DNA from: Malacoraja senta
Taxonomy: Eukaryota
Assembly (NCBI GenBank): GCA_038087875.1
Contig: JAXLNO010000612.1
Span: forward strand, 62,001-125,327
Direction of reading: 5' to 3'
Length of the DNA: 63,327 bases
The translations under genes were made by a program, and so were the position numbers. Of this stretch, positions 12,596 to 24,055 are shown one piece after another (position 1 is the stretch's first letter; the number at the start of each line of letters is the position of its first letter). Under the pieces are notes generated by a model that searched no databases, was not told the origin of the DNA, and was given only the letters and a program-made list of their open reading frames with translations.

Positions 12596-12982
12596 AGGGC
12601 CTGACCCACGAGCATGCGACTGCATGCGGCAAGCGCGACCAAACCGGAAGCGAGGGCTGCGCGAAGTTCGAGCTAAGTCCGCGGGAAGTTCACGCATGAC
12701 ATACGGCGTCAAGACGCTGTGTACGGCGTCGAGACAATGCACACGCCCGTCGAGGCGGTGCGTATGGCGTTGAGGCGGCTGTGGGCCGGCAGGCCGTTGC
12801 CGCGCGGAATTTTTGAACAGTGTCAGTTTTTCGGAGCCCCGCGCGATGTTGGGACCAGCTCCGCACAACTCCATCCGGCTCCGGCGATCGAAGTGGGACC
12901 AGCCCCGCGAGGCCGTACGGCTCAAGCGACCACGTTAGGTCGCGCTTGCCGCATGCAGTCACATGCTCGTGGGACAGGCCCT
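12596..12982. mobile_element. PIF/Harbinger-type MITE
   Basis: ~45-bp TIRs AGGGCCTGACCCACGAGCATGCGACTGCATGCGGCAAGCGCGACC / GGTCGCGCTTGCCGCATGCAGTCACATGCTCGTGGGACAGGCCCT. TAA is present at both flanks, with a one-base ambiguity on the right. Confidence 0.8.
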
Positions 12983-13199
12983 AACTCCTTCCTCTCCAGC
13001 AAGGACAGCATTTATTGCACATCCCTGATTGCCTATAGTAAAGTTATGGAGAGCTGCCCTATTGTATCAATGCAGTGGAATTCACAACTTCTGGAGGCTC
13101 AGTCTGAAGAAAGGTCTCGACCCAAAACGTCACCCATTCCTTTCTATGCTGCCTGTCCCGCTGAGCTACTCCAGCATTTTGTGTCTATCTTTGAAGACA

Positions 13200-13500
13200 A
13201 TCAAACTTTTGCAGCCTTCATGGAAGTAGAACGTAACATTTGTACAGTGGAGAGTTTACCATAGTCATCACACAAGTTATCGTCAAATGCAGGCTTGCAA
13301 AATCAACACCAACGTTAACCTTTGGCTCCTTGAACGACTTTTGTATCCGTTCTGGTAGCTTTGATATTGTGGTTGCATGACTCGTAAGACATTCATTGAT
13401 TTTGTGTTGAAACAAACAATCCATTGCTGCAAACTAAATCTTCCCCTTCGACAATTGTTTCGTTTTCTTGATTCTTTGATGACTTTCTTAAACATTGTCT
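13200..13500 (-). pseudogene. Bel/Pao LTR retrotransposon integrase relic
   Basis: Minus-strand translations KKVIKES..NCRR, then KLPERI...NVGVDFA...KCYVLL, resemble the Bel/Pao zinc-finger/integrase start (LP..R...GVDFAGP...K.Y..LF). Confidence 0.6.
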
Positions 13501-14159
13501 ATGGCATCAGCAGCTACAGCACAACCTTGTGATGACCTCATTTCACCTCTCTCAATACCTCTGATTGTGTGCTATCATGGTTCATTATAAGTTAATAAGT
13601 TCATAAGTGAAAGGAGCATTTGGCCCACCAAGTCTACTCTGCCATTCAATCATGGCTGATCTATCTCTCCCTCCTGACCCCATTCTCCTGCCTCCCCCCC
13701 CCCCCCATAACCCCTGACATCTGTACTAATCAAGAATCTTTCTATCTCTGCATTAAATATATCCACGGACTTGGCTTCCACAGCCTTCTGTGGCAATGAA
13801 TTCCAGATAATGAATTCAATTAAGAATTTTATGCGAATCTTGCAGCGTGATGGTGCCAAAGGGGAAATCTTCTATTTCAATTTTTTAAGGACTGAAACAT
13901 TTTCATACACAAGGATAAAAAATCCTTATCTCATTGCGGCTTTGATTTTGCTTTGTGTGATTCTTGTAGGCACTGATGCTCATATCTCCAATAGGCTATT
14001 CTGCAATCTTTTCTCATGGCTTGCACGGTATGTTGTAGCATAAGGATGTACAAAAAGTGTAATCAGCAGGATTTAATGTTTAAGGCTGATATGTTACATG
14101 GTAATCATGTTATTGGAGTTATGTATCCAGTGCTTGATGTAAGCAGATTTAGTCTGCTT

Positions 14160-14215
14160 TATCTGTCATTTTCACACCTTATCCTTCCATATCTCTAGCT
14201 TCCCTCTCCCCTGAC
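14160..14215 (+). mobile_element. Left part of a Penelope-like fragment split by the DNA transposon (right part 20060-20172)
   Basis: Removing 14216-20059 and one TSD copy restores ...TTCCCTCTCCCCTGACTCTCAGTCTTAAGAAGGGTCTCAACCCGAAAAGTC..., the Penelope/hammerhead unit. Confidence 0.7.
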
Positions 14216-14313
14216 CAAAGATACTAGAGCAAGAGCAAGATGGTCCACTCGGCGAAAAAGCCGTAGTAGGTCATGGGTAATTTTTAGCGCCATCTTGGGA
14301 ATTGGCTTCCGTC

Positions 14314-14430
14314 ATGGCATCCACATCTACAAGCGTAGTTCTGCTGTAAATTGCTCGAATCGCCAATGTAGGCGACCCGACCTGTCATTCTTCAGGTTCC
14401 CCACCTGTGATGTGATCGCTGCAGCGGGAA
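14314..14430 (+). pseudogene. THAP zinc-finger N-terminal remnant of a transposase
   Basis: 14337-14402 translates as SSAVNCSNRQCRRPDLSFFRFP, matching the THAP start C-x-A-x-N-C...L-S-F-F-R-F-P with the first Cys mutated. An ATG at 14314 is out of frame. Confidence 0.7.
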
Positions 14431-14629
14431 TCATATCTCACTTTTTGCTGTGAAGACGAGAGCTACAATTGGTAGGGGTTGGATGTTTATTTGTGGCACA
14501 GTTCTGCTGTATGTGAGAATATGTCGATTCTGAATTAGAATTCACAATTTTCGAGACTATGTACAATTCAAGATGTTTACCAGTGACTCTGTGGAAACCG
14601 CGACCTATTCAAACCCACTTCATATATTA

Positions 14630-17600
14630 ATTTTACTTCGGAGTCACGTGAGTGACTACGTGAAGAAGACCCGTCAGGGCGCATGCACGTCATTACGTCG
14701 GACGCATTGGCGCACGGACCAGCGGGAGGACCGAGCTCCTCCTGTGGTAAGTACTTTTAAAGTACTTTTAAAGTAGTTTTAAAGCTCCAGCTAAGTGGGA
14801 AACTTAGCTGGAGTGAAAGTTCCTTTACTGTGGTGCCATGCTCTGTGTTTTTTGTTACAGGCAGCACCATGGTGAAGACGAGCAGTGGGAGGGCAGCCGC
14901 AGGTAAAGCATAGGAGAGCCGCGGGAATGCGGTCTGTGAGCGGCTGCCTCGTACCCCTGTACAGTCGCCGACCGGGTGCGGGGCGACTTCAGACTTAGTG
15001 CTAAAAAGCACCAAAGCCAATGCCAGTCGGGTTAAGGCACGGGGAAGTCTGGGAGGCCCTGGGACTCAACTGAGTCGGACCACAACGAGCTTGTACGGGG
15101 CTGGAGACGTTTTTTAAATGGTTCTCCCAAATGGAGCACCTCATTCAGAGGTTGCTCCAGAAATGCACACTCCGGGGGGGAGGAGTTGTGTGGGCGGTAG
15201 GCTGCAGAAAGGCCACGCCGGCAGCACCTGGTAGAGGGCTGCTTAAAGCACCCTCATGCATGAGGTGAGTGCAGAGGGTCAGCTAAGTTCTGACCCCGAC
15301 TCTGACGGAGACTTGGAACTTAGCGAAGAACGGCCGTTGTCAGAGGTCCATTCTCTGGCAGCTCGATTCGCTGTCCCGTCAGAGTATGGAGTGCCACTGG
15401 GAAAGCGAAGACGGCCGTTGTCAGAGTTCCCATCTCTGGCAGTACGATTCGCTGTCTAGTCATAGTCTGGAATTACCAAGAAACAGGAGACCTGGGTAAC
15501 TGCGAGTTGCTGAAAGTGCCAGCAGTGAACCGGGTGATATGGAGCCAGATGGGCGAGGGGAGCAGTGCCCAGGAGATGAAGCTGCAGAGAATCCTGAAAT
15601 TACTTGGCTCAGGAATCATGGCGTTTGCGAGAACGGTGGATGGAGGGCATGTGTCGGAGACGCAGCAAGAGGTACTAGGGTTGCTTTGTAGCACCCATTT
15701 TTAGATAAATTGTCTCAGGGAAAGTGCCATTCGGCCCACCATTAATTCCAAGATTGCAGTATTTTTCCAGCCCAGCAACATACAGCCGGCCAACCTACTC
15801 TTCAGAGAGGACCTCGCCAAGAGTGTCAAGGACATGGATGACGACGCAAAGACGGTGGGCTTGATCAAGCCACCGGCAGTCGGCAAGTTTCCAAAAAAGA
15901 AAGTACCCTTACAAATGAGGCTTGACCAGGAACAATCGGCCGGCAATGCAGATGCACAGGTGCATTCTGCAGCGGGAACATTGTCAAACATCGGCTTTCC
16001 CGCCAGGAGCCGGGGACAACGTCATCCACAAGGTACCAAGTAGGTAGGTGGGCCTGGTTCTCAGGTGCACATATCAAATGTGACACAACTTAAATCTGGG
16101 GTACATTACATCTGTTCTGGGATGAATGGAAGCAAATTACCTCAGCTCTGTTTATACAGAGTGTTATTCAAAGGTTTCGAATGGAGTTCAATCCAAATTG
16201 TGATTTGCACATTCAGCATGTTCCTGGGAGAACTATTCAGTTTTCATTAACAGAACAGATGGATGTTTAGACTGCGCTTGGAAGCTAAGGTGATAAAGGT
16301 GTAAGTGTAAAGTTGGTTCACCAACCCCATCAATTTGTGTCTAATATTTTCCCAGGCCAAAAAAGGATTGGGGATGTAGTATAGACATTGTAAGATGGAA
16401 TTGTCACTGCCAAGCAACTGGGTCAAGAGGATGCTATATGGCTACTATAGAGCTTAAAGATGCGCATTACTCAATGTCTGTTTATTTACAGGATAAGGAT
16501 TTGAAATTCACCTGGATGGATCAACTATGGCAACAAAATTGTTAAAACCTATAATAGGCATGCTGAGAGGCCAGGGTCAGGTGCTCATGGCTTATCTCGA
16601 TGATATCTTGATTACAGGGGTATCCAAGAGAACAGCTGAAGTAACAGGTGATAGTTGTTAAATACAATTTTCAAAGATTGGTCATTATGCATCCAGAGGA
16701 ATCCAAATTAACACCTGACTATTTGGGTCACAATTGATTCAATTAAGTGACTCTGCCCAGGGAAAAAAGGGTAGAGCTAATTGACAGGTCTATCAAGCTA
16801 ACGGAGGCATTAAGGATACATTCGGGTCATTATAATAGACCTATGCAGTTATCAGTAAAGGCTATTTCTGATTTGCAATGGTGGCTTCACCATGTGTCCA
16901 GAAGTTATAGCAAGGTAATGCTTGACCAGCCTTCCATGATTTTGCAGATGAATGTCAGTGCACTCGGGTGGGGTGTCACGGATATGAGTTTCAGCTGTGG
17001 AGGCAGGTGGACTGAGCAAGAGGCATCGCTTCTGCAGACATGGGCAATTAACTATTAAGAGGTTTTTATGGACAAGGCTTATTGCTCTAACAAATGTAAT
17101 CTCCATGTTCAGTTTTGGATTGACAATACTACGGCAAGTGGCATATATATTAATCACATCGGTGGAATCAAGTCGGTATCTTGTGACAGATTGGCTAATC
17201 AAATTTGGGCCTGGTGCATTGAAAAATATATTTCAGCTATTTATCTACCAGGTAGATTCTACATAGTAGCAGACGCCAAGTCGCGAAAGTTCCATGACAA
17301 CACAGATTGGATGTTGAACCAGGAGGTGTTCAATAATAGAGTACTTATATATGAATGCCAGGTATCGATTTGTTTTGCATCAAGGTTCAACCATCAGATG
17401 CCTAAATAGGTTTCATGGGAACCAGACCAGGTGGCAGTTGCAATTGATACTTTGACGTTACATTGGGGTGGTATGTTTTATATATTTTCCTACCATTTTG
17501 CCTAATAGGTCGGTGTCTGCAAGAAATCAAGCAGGATGCCGCTTTGGGGGTGCTTGTAATACCTAATTGGCCGAATCAAGCATGGTTCTCTTTGATGTTA

Positions 17601-19173
17601 CAGTTAGGGATCCAAACTCTTTTTGGTGGTTCCCAAGCGTAGGAATTTACTGGAGCATCCGCTAACATGGGAAAGTCATCCGTTATGTGATTGTATTGAC
17701 TTGTTAATTTGCAGGTTTTAAGAAGGCCATACCTGGGGCAAGGACTGTCTGGGCGAACGGTGGACATGCTCACTGTAGCCTGGACAAAGAGTACTCAAAA
17801 GGGGCATATTACTTATGTAAATAAATGGGAGCAATATTGTGTACAAAATAATATTGAATATAGGACTGCAGGTATTGTGGATGTTTTAGAGTTCCTGTTG
17901 ACATTCTACGATGATGAGGGGCTCAGTTATAGCACCATTAATACAGCTTTAAGTGCTTTGTCCTTGTATGGTTTTGATGGAGTCAGGAAAGATCCTATTG
18001 GGTTTCGTCATATCATAGCTGGATTGATGAAAGGAATTTCAACTGTAAACCTCCTAAACCCAGGTATATGGCGATCTGGGATGTAAGTGTGGTCCTCAAG
18101 ATGCTTCGACAGTAGGTTCCTGTCACGTCTCTGAATTTGCCAAACTAATCATGAAAGTGGTTATGCTCATGGCATTGGTTCAGCATAGCAAGTGCAGATT
18201 TTGCAAAAGCTTCTGCTAGACAGGATGGAAGTTGCTGAAGAGAATGTTATGTTATATATTTGCATCCTGCTCAAACAGACCAGGTGTCACAGGTTTGTTA
18301 AAATTGTGTTTCAGCATAACCTACTGATTCATGTTTATGTGTAATGGCACATTTATTTTCATTATATTGAAGCTACAAAGACCTTAAGAAATGTGGAAAC
18401 AGCATTGTTTATCAGTTACATGTAGCCACACAGGAGAGTGTCAGTGCAGACTATCTCAAGGTGGTTTAAAGCAAATGTTGATTTCAGGCAGGTATTAACA
18501 CTGAAGTGTATATATCCTTTTCCACTAGTGCAGCAGCAACGTCATCGGCCATATTCTTACAGGTGCCGGGTGGTCAAATGAATTGTGTAAACATTTTTTT
18601 ACCATCGGCTGATTGCCGATCGGCGAGAGGCTGTTTGCAAATTCAGTATTAAGTCCTGTTTAGTTTCCCCTGGGATAGAGGGGTTACTGTTTGTTTTGAT
18701 TATTCAAATCAATTGTTACTGCATGATATTAAAATGTCATGTTTAACGCATTATTGATTGTTTCTCATCGAAAGTCAATCAATGCAGTGAAAAGCCGGGA
18801 TTTGGATCTGCGGCATGAAATCACAGAGCTTTGAACCCTTCACGTAGTCACTCACGTGACTCCGAAGTAAAATAGTAAGATTAAATGAGAACTTACCAGT
18901 TTGAAGTTTGATCTTTATTTTATGAGGTTACGTTGGTGATTACGTGCCCGCCACGCCCAACCCTCTTTCATAAAAAAGGTCATATGTTAGTTCTTATGTT
19001 GCTCATCTTATTATGTTACTTCAAATATTGTGTTATCTGTGATTTCATACCGCTGCTTTGAAGATTGACACGCATGCGCCCTGACGGGTCTTCTTCACGT
19101 AATCACCAACGTAACTCCTCATAAAATAAAGATCAAACTTCAAACTGGTAAGTTCTCATTTAATCTTACTATT
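14630..19173 (+). mobile_element. DIRS1-like tyrosine-recombinase retrotransposon A (complete ends, decayed ORFs)
   Basis: ITRs ACGTGAAGAAGACCCGTCAGGGCGCATGC and its reverse complement at ~19073-19100; ICR at 18838-18946; RT YLDD at 16593-16604; RNase H (GWG, DNTTA..YINHIGG, YLPG..ADA.SR); methyltransferase-like FASRFNHQ; YR GLSYSTINT; ATT at both termini. Confidence 0.95.
18838..18946. repeat. DIRS internal complementary region (ICR)
   Basis: CTTCACGTAGTCACTCACGTGACTCCGAAGTAAAA is the reverse complement of the left terminus at 14631. It is fused to ATAGTAAGATTAAATGAGAACTTACC..., the reverse complement of the right terminus. Confidence 0.95.
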
Positions 19174-19868
19174 ATATATCAATTATAAAATGTGACCAAA
19201 ACGGAAAACTCGTGGGCGCAGTCACAGGGAGAGTTTTTATTAGCGGCTAGAAACAGGGGAATGTGCATCGATCCACGGGGACCCGTCAAACAAATGTTTG
19301 TCGATAAGACACAAAAAGCTGAAGTAACTCTGCGGGACAGGCAGCATCTCTGGAGAGAAGTAATGGGTGAGGTTTTGGTCGAGTCCCTTCTTCAGACGAG
19401 CAAATGATCGTGTCCCCTAAAAGGTTACAATCATTCGCTCGTCTGATCGTATCAGGTCACCGGACAAAACAATGAATTTCCTGATGAGGATTTTCTCTTC
19501 ACCCCAATATTCTCCCAACACAGCGAGGAATATCAACACCATAGAACGACGATTTTTTTTGTGTCCAGAATTAGCGGAGTTAATAGTTTGTTTAGTGACA
19601 TTCTCGCAATACTTGAAGGGTTTGTGTTAAATTCCTTCCCATTCAATAGAGCAACAGCTGAGATGTATCATATGCACCCCCCCCCCCGAGTGCCTATTAG
19701 ATTGGTAGACGGATGAACTAATGTGCTGGAAACAAAATGCTGTAGTAACTCAACGGGACAAGCAGCACCTCTGGCAGGGAGGATAACATTTTAAAAGAAA
19801 ATTAACAAAATTATGAATTTGGTAGATGAGCTATATCACATACTGTTCCCCCACAACACTGATTAAAC

Positions 19869-20059
19869 CAAAGATCATAGAAGGCTAAAATAGACCACTC
19901 CTGCAAAATCCAATGGACGGACGTGGATTAAACTTCAAGAGGCTTAACAGAAGTCGGAGTCGTATTCCCAAAATGGCAGAGGTTCCGCTCCATTGCGTAC
20001 TACATGTCAGTCCATTGGATTTTGCAGGAGTGGTCTATCTTAGCCTTCCACAATCTTTG
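19869..20059. mobile_element. Short palindromic MITE forming the right end of the THAP transposon
   Basis: ~50-bp TIRs CAAAGATCATAGAAGGCTAAAATAGACCACTCCTGCAAAATCCAATGGAC / GTCCATTGGATTTTGCAGGAGTGGTCTATCTTAGCCTTCCACAATCTTTG. Confidence 0.85.
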
Positions 20060-20259
20060 CCCCTGACTCTCAGTCTTAAGAAGGGTCTCAACCCGAAAAG
20101 TCATCCATTCCTTCTCTCCAGAGATGCTGCCTGTCTCGCTGAGTTACTCCAGCATTTTGTGTCTATCTTCAGTGCTTGATGTAGGTGGGGAGGCTTGTTG
20201 TTAAGATTGTTAAACTATGGTTAATCACAGCAACAAAGTTATTTAATTTTTTTTTAAAT

Positions 20260-20566
20260 TTACGGACACAGCATGGAAACAGCCCTCTCAGTCCCCTGAA
20301 CCCACGCTGACCATCAGTCACAATAGTTCTGTGTTACCCCACTTTCTCATCCACTCTCCACACATTGGGGACAATTTTGCAGAAGCCAATTAATCTACAA
20401 ACCCACATTTCTTTGCGATGTGGGAGGAAACTGGAGCACCCGGAGGAAACCCATGCGTTCACAGGGAGAATGTGCAAACTCCACATGGACAGCACCCGAG
20501 GTGAAGATCAAATCCGGGTCTCTGGCACTGAGGCAGCCGCTCTACCAACTGCGCCATCGTGCCACC
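20260..20566 (-). mobile_element. Older diverged V-SINE
   Basis: GTGGGAGGAAACTGGAGCACCCGGAGGAAACCCA...CAGGGAGAATGTGCAAACTCC...CTCTACCAACTGCGCCA is the reverse complement of the SINE head and core. Confidence 0.75.
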
Positions 20567-20929
20567 ATTGAACATGTACAGATGAAAGTGAAAAGTGCTC
20601 CGTGACAGATAGTGCATTTTTATTTGATGAACAGGCCTTGGTGTATCAGCCCATAGTTTTCTGCAAGTTTAAAGACAGGTTGATAGGATGGAGAGGGGGG
20701 CATATGGAATATGTACTTCTATATGCTGGAGCTTAGAGATTATGAGTTGTTACGTCAAGTTGCAACTTTAGTCCACTGTTGGTGTCTTGTGTACAGTTCC
20801 GGTCACCACACAATAGGAAGGACGTGCCTGCACATTCAGCTAGATGTGGCCTGGATTGGAGGACTTCAGTTATTTGGAGATATTGGATAGGCTGGGCTTG
20901 TTTTCCCCAAGTGTGAAGGAGAGGAGACA

Positions 20930-23035
20930 AATTGGAAATACAAGGATGGAGTTAAAGGGAAAGAGAGTATAGGAAAAGTTAAGAAAGCACCAGAATTAAC
21001 GGAGCAGAAAGCTCACAAAGGGATAAGAGAGTATGGCCAAGAGAAATACAAATCGATGTGTGAGGTGAGTAATGGATTAAAAGTATTATATATGAATGCA
21101 CGAAGTATAAGAAATAAAGTGGATGAGCTTGAGGCTCAGTTAGAAATTGGCAAGTATGATGTTATGGGAATGGCTGTATGAGGACCAGGGCTGGGAACTG
21201 AATATTCAAGGGTATACGTCCTATCGAAAAGACAGACTGGTGGGCAGAGGGGGTGGGGTAGTTCTGTTGGTGAGGACTGAAATTCAGTCCCCTGTGAGGG
21301 GTGACATAGAATCAGGAGATGTAGAGTCAATATGGATAGGACTGAGGAATTGTAAGGGTAAAAATACCTGAATGGGAGTTATCTACAGGCCCTGGAGAAT
21401 GGGTGCAAGTTGAATCAAGAGCTTAAATTGGCATGTCGCAAAGGTAATGCGACAGTGGTTATGGGCGATTTCAACATGCAGGTTGAGTGGGAAAATCAGG
21501 TTGGTGCTGGACCCAAGAATATGAGTTTGTGGAGTGCCTCCAAGATGGATTTTTAGAGCAGCTTGTACTGGAACCTACCAGGGAGAAGCCAATTCTGGAT
21601 TTAGTGTTATGTAATGAACTGGATTTGATAAGGGAACTCGAGATAAAGGAGCCATTAGGAGGTAGTGACCATAATATGGTAAGTTTTAATCTACAATTTG
21701 AGAGAGAGAATATCGGAGGTGTCAGTATTACAGTTGAGGAGACTATGGAGCCATGAAGGAGGAGCTGGCCAAAGTTGACTGGAAAGAGACCCTAGCAAGG
21801 ATGACAGTGGAACAACAATGGCAGATATTTTCTGGGAACAATACAGAAGGTGCAGGTTCAGTTCACTCCAAAGAGGAAGAAAGATTCTAAGGAGAGTAAG
21901 AGGCATCCGTGGCTGACAAGGGAAGTCAAAAATAAAAGTAAAAGAGAAGAAGCATAAAGGGCCTGTCCCACTTTCACGCGGTAATTCATGAATTCTCCCA
22001 AGTTTTCCCCTTGATTCAAACTCGCAGAATGTTTGTAACGAGTCCGTAGGAGGTCGTAAGAGTTTGTAGATATATCATAGCGGCTCGTTATGCTAGCCGT
22101 AGGTACTCGTGGCATCAGGTAAGTCGGGACGTTTTTTCCAGCCCGATAGAAAATGTCCACGAGGAAAAAAATGGTCGGGATGAAAGAAATTGCAACTTTC
22201 TACTCATAAGGAGGGCATCAAAATATTCGTGGGAATTCGTAGACATACTCGTATGAGTTCGTGAACATAGTCGTGGAAGGTCGTAGGAGTTCGTAGATTG
22301 CCACAATCTTGATTTTTCTTTTTGGTCCTTTAAACTCGGCAGAGGTTTTGAATTAAGTGGTGAAAGTGGGACAGGCCCTTAACATAGCAAAGATGAGCGG
22401 GAAGCCAGAGGATTGGGAAACTTTTAAAGAGCAACAGAAGATAACTAAAAAGACAATACAGGGAGAACAGATGAGGTGCGAAGGTAAGCTAGCCAAAAAT
22501 ATAAAGGAGGTTAGTAAAAGCTTCTTTAGGTATGTGAAGAGGAAAAAATTAGTTAAGACCAAAGTTGGACCCTTGAAGACAAAAAAAGGTGAATTTATTA
22601 TGGGGAACAAGGAAATGTCAGACAAGTTGAACAAGTACTTTAGATCCGTCTTCACTAAGGAAGACACAAACAATTTCCCAGATGTACTAGTGGCCAGAGG
22701 TGATGGAGGAATGGAAGGACATTCACATTAGGCAGTAAATGGTGTTGGGTTGACTGATGGGACTGAAGGCTGATAAATCCCCAATGGCCTGATGGTCTGC
22801 ATCCCAAGGTACTTAGGGAAGTGGCTCTAGAAATCGTTGGCGCATTGGTGATCATTTTCCAATGTTCTACAGATTCAGGTTCAGTTCCTGTGGATTGGAG
22901 GGCAGCTAATGTTATCCCACTTTTTAAGAAAGGAGGGAGAGAGAAACCAGGCAATTATAGACCAGTTTGCCTGACATCCATGGTGGGGAAGATGCTGGAA
23001 TCAATTATAAAAGATGAAATAGTTGTGAATCTGGA
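20930..23035 (+). mobile_element. Decayed CR1 ORF2 (endonuclease to start of RT), internally deleted, split by a MITE and DIRS B; continues at 29291-29497
   Basis: Motifs YMNARSIRNK, RGGGV, LDLVL...SDHN and DWRAANVIPLFKKG...NYRPV. A deletion at ~23021 jumps to the 3' motif GTTGTGAATCT-GGAATT|CTCTG, which resumes after 29290. Confidence 0.9.
21958..22379. mobile_element. PIF/Harbinger-type MITE inserted in CR1
   Basis: Perfect 20-bp TIR AGGGCCTGTCCCACTTTCAC / GTGAAAGTGGGACAGGCCCT; TAA TSD at 21955-21957 and 22380-22382; CR1 sequence resumes on both sides. Confidence 0.9.
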
Positions 23036-24055
23036 ATTTTACTTCGATTCACATCTGTTGCATGGCGAAGCAACTGACTGGCAGGTGTGTCGGTCCTGCC
23101 AGCGGTAAGTTTAAACCTACAGGTAAGTTTTGTGTTTCTTACCAGGTTCTGTTTTTTCTTGCAGGAACCTCTTCTTACAGAGGTTTCCTGCTGGATATTG
23201 TCGCGAAATCCGGACAAGCCGTGGGGAAGCCGGCTATGGGCTGTGGGGAGACTCCGGTCCGGACTGCGGAAGCGCGGGTAGCCGGCGGCCGTCGGGTTCG
23301 CTACTCCAGTCGCTGACAATGCGGTCAGCGGCTTCCAGACTGCTGTGGTTCCCGTGGAGCAGTAAATCCAGGAGGAAGGCAGTATCACCACCAGAGTCGC
23401 TGACAGTGCGGTCAGCAGCTCCCAGACCGCTGTGGTCCCCAGGACATGGGGTAAAACCAACAATAAGTCGGACAGGCCTATGGACTGGGATGAGTCTGGC
23501 CGGGAGGGTTCCCCTCCAGTAATGGATACACATTTGGACAGTTGTCCAGGATGGAGCTCCTAATGGAGAGGATGTTCCACCAAGATACACTCCAACAGGG
23601 GAGTTGTGTCAGCGCTGGTCTCTTCGAGAGCCCGCGCCAGCGGCACCTGTTTCAGGGCTGCTTAATGTCTCCCTCTTGGAGGAGGAGAGCATGCGCCAGT
23701 TTTATTCTGACGCCGAGACAATACTCGGGAGTTTATCCCACAAATGTGATGTTTCATTACTGGTATAGGTCCATTGGAGAGGCCATATCAGCGCAGGTAT
23801 CCTCAGGGGCCTGAGCCAGCACCTGTTTCAGGGCTGTATGTAACTGACTTCAAATACTAAAGTATGTCCGTGGAACATACTGGAGCACATGCGTTTGTCT
23901 TCAAGGGAATCCTCGCAAACGAAGGTGTTGCTGCCAGAAGAGTTGGTTATCAGCCGTTGGCAGAATACCCGGAAGGGGCCAGAGTTCCCCTCATGCTACA
24001 AGTGCCGGCAGTGAACAGCGCTATCAGGGGGACATTAGAGCCAGCCGCCGAATCC

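Larger units (their letters stand above)
14216..20059 (+). mobile_element. Non-autonomous THAP-containing DNA transposon (P-element superfamily favoured, hAT possible), hosting a DIRS insertion
   Basis: Perfect 8-bp TSD CCCCTGAC (14208-14215 and 20060-20067), termini CAAAGAT...ATCTTTG and a THAP remnant near the left end. Confidence 0.8.

Noticed and set aside
11680..13050. Extension of the Bel/Pao relic through the unique segments between the SINE and the MITE
   Set aside because: Only faint motif echoes (FHWSV, GLIR) were seen, which cannot be supported by eye.
12563..13264. GC-rich ORFs of 90-232 aa here and at 31433-32327
   Set aside because: They span non-coding MITEs; GC-rich palindromic sequence simply lacks stop codons and shows no transposase motifs.
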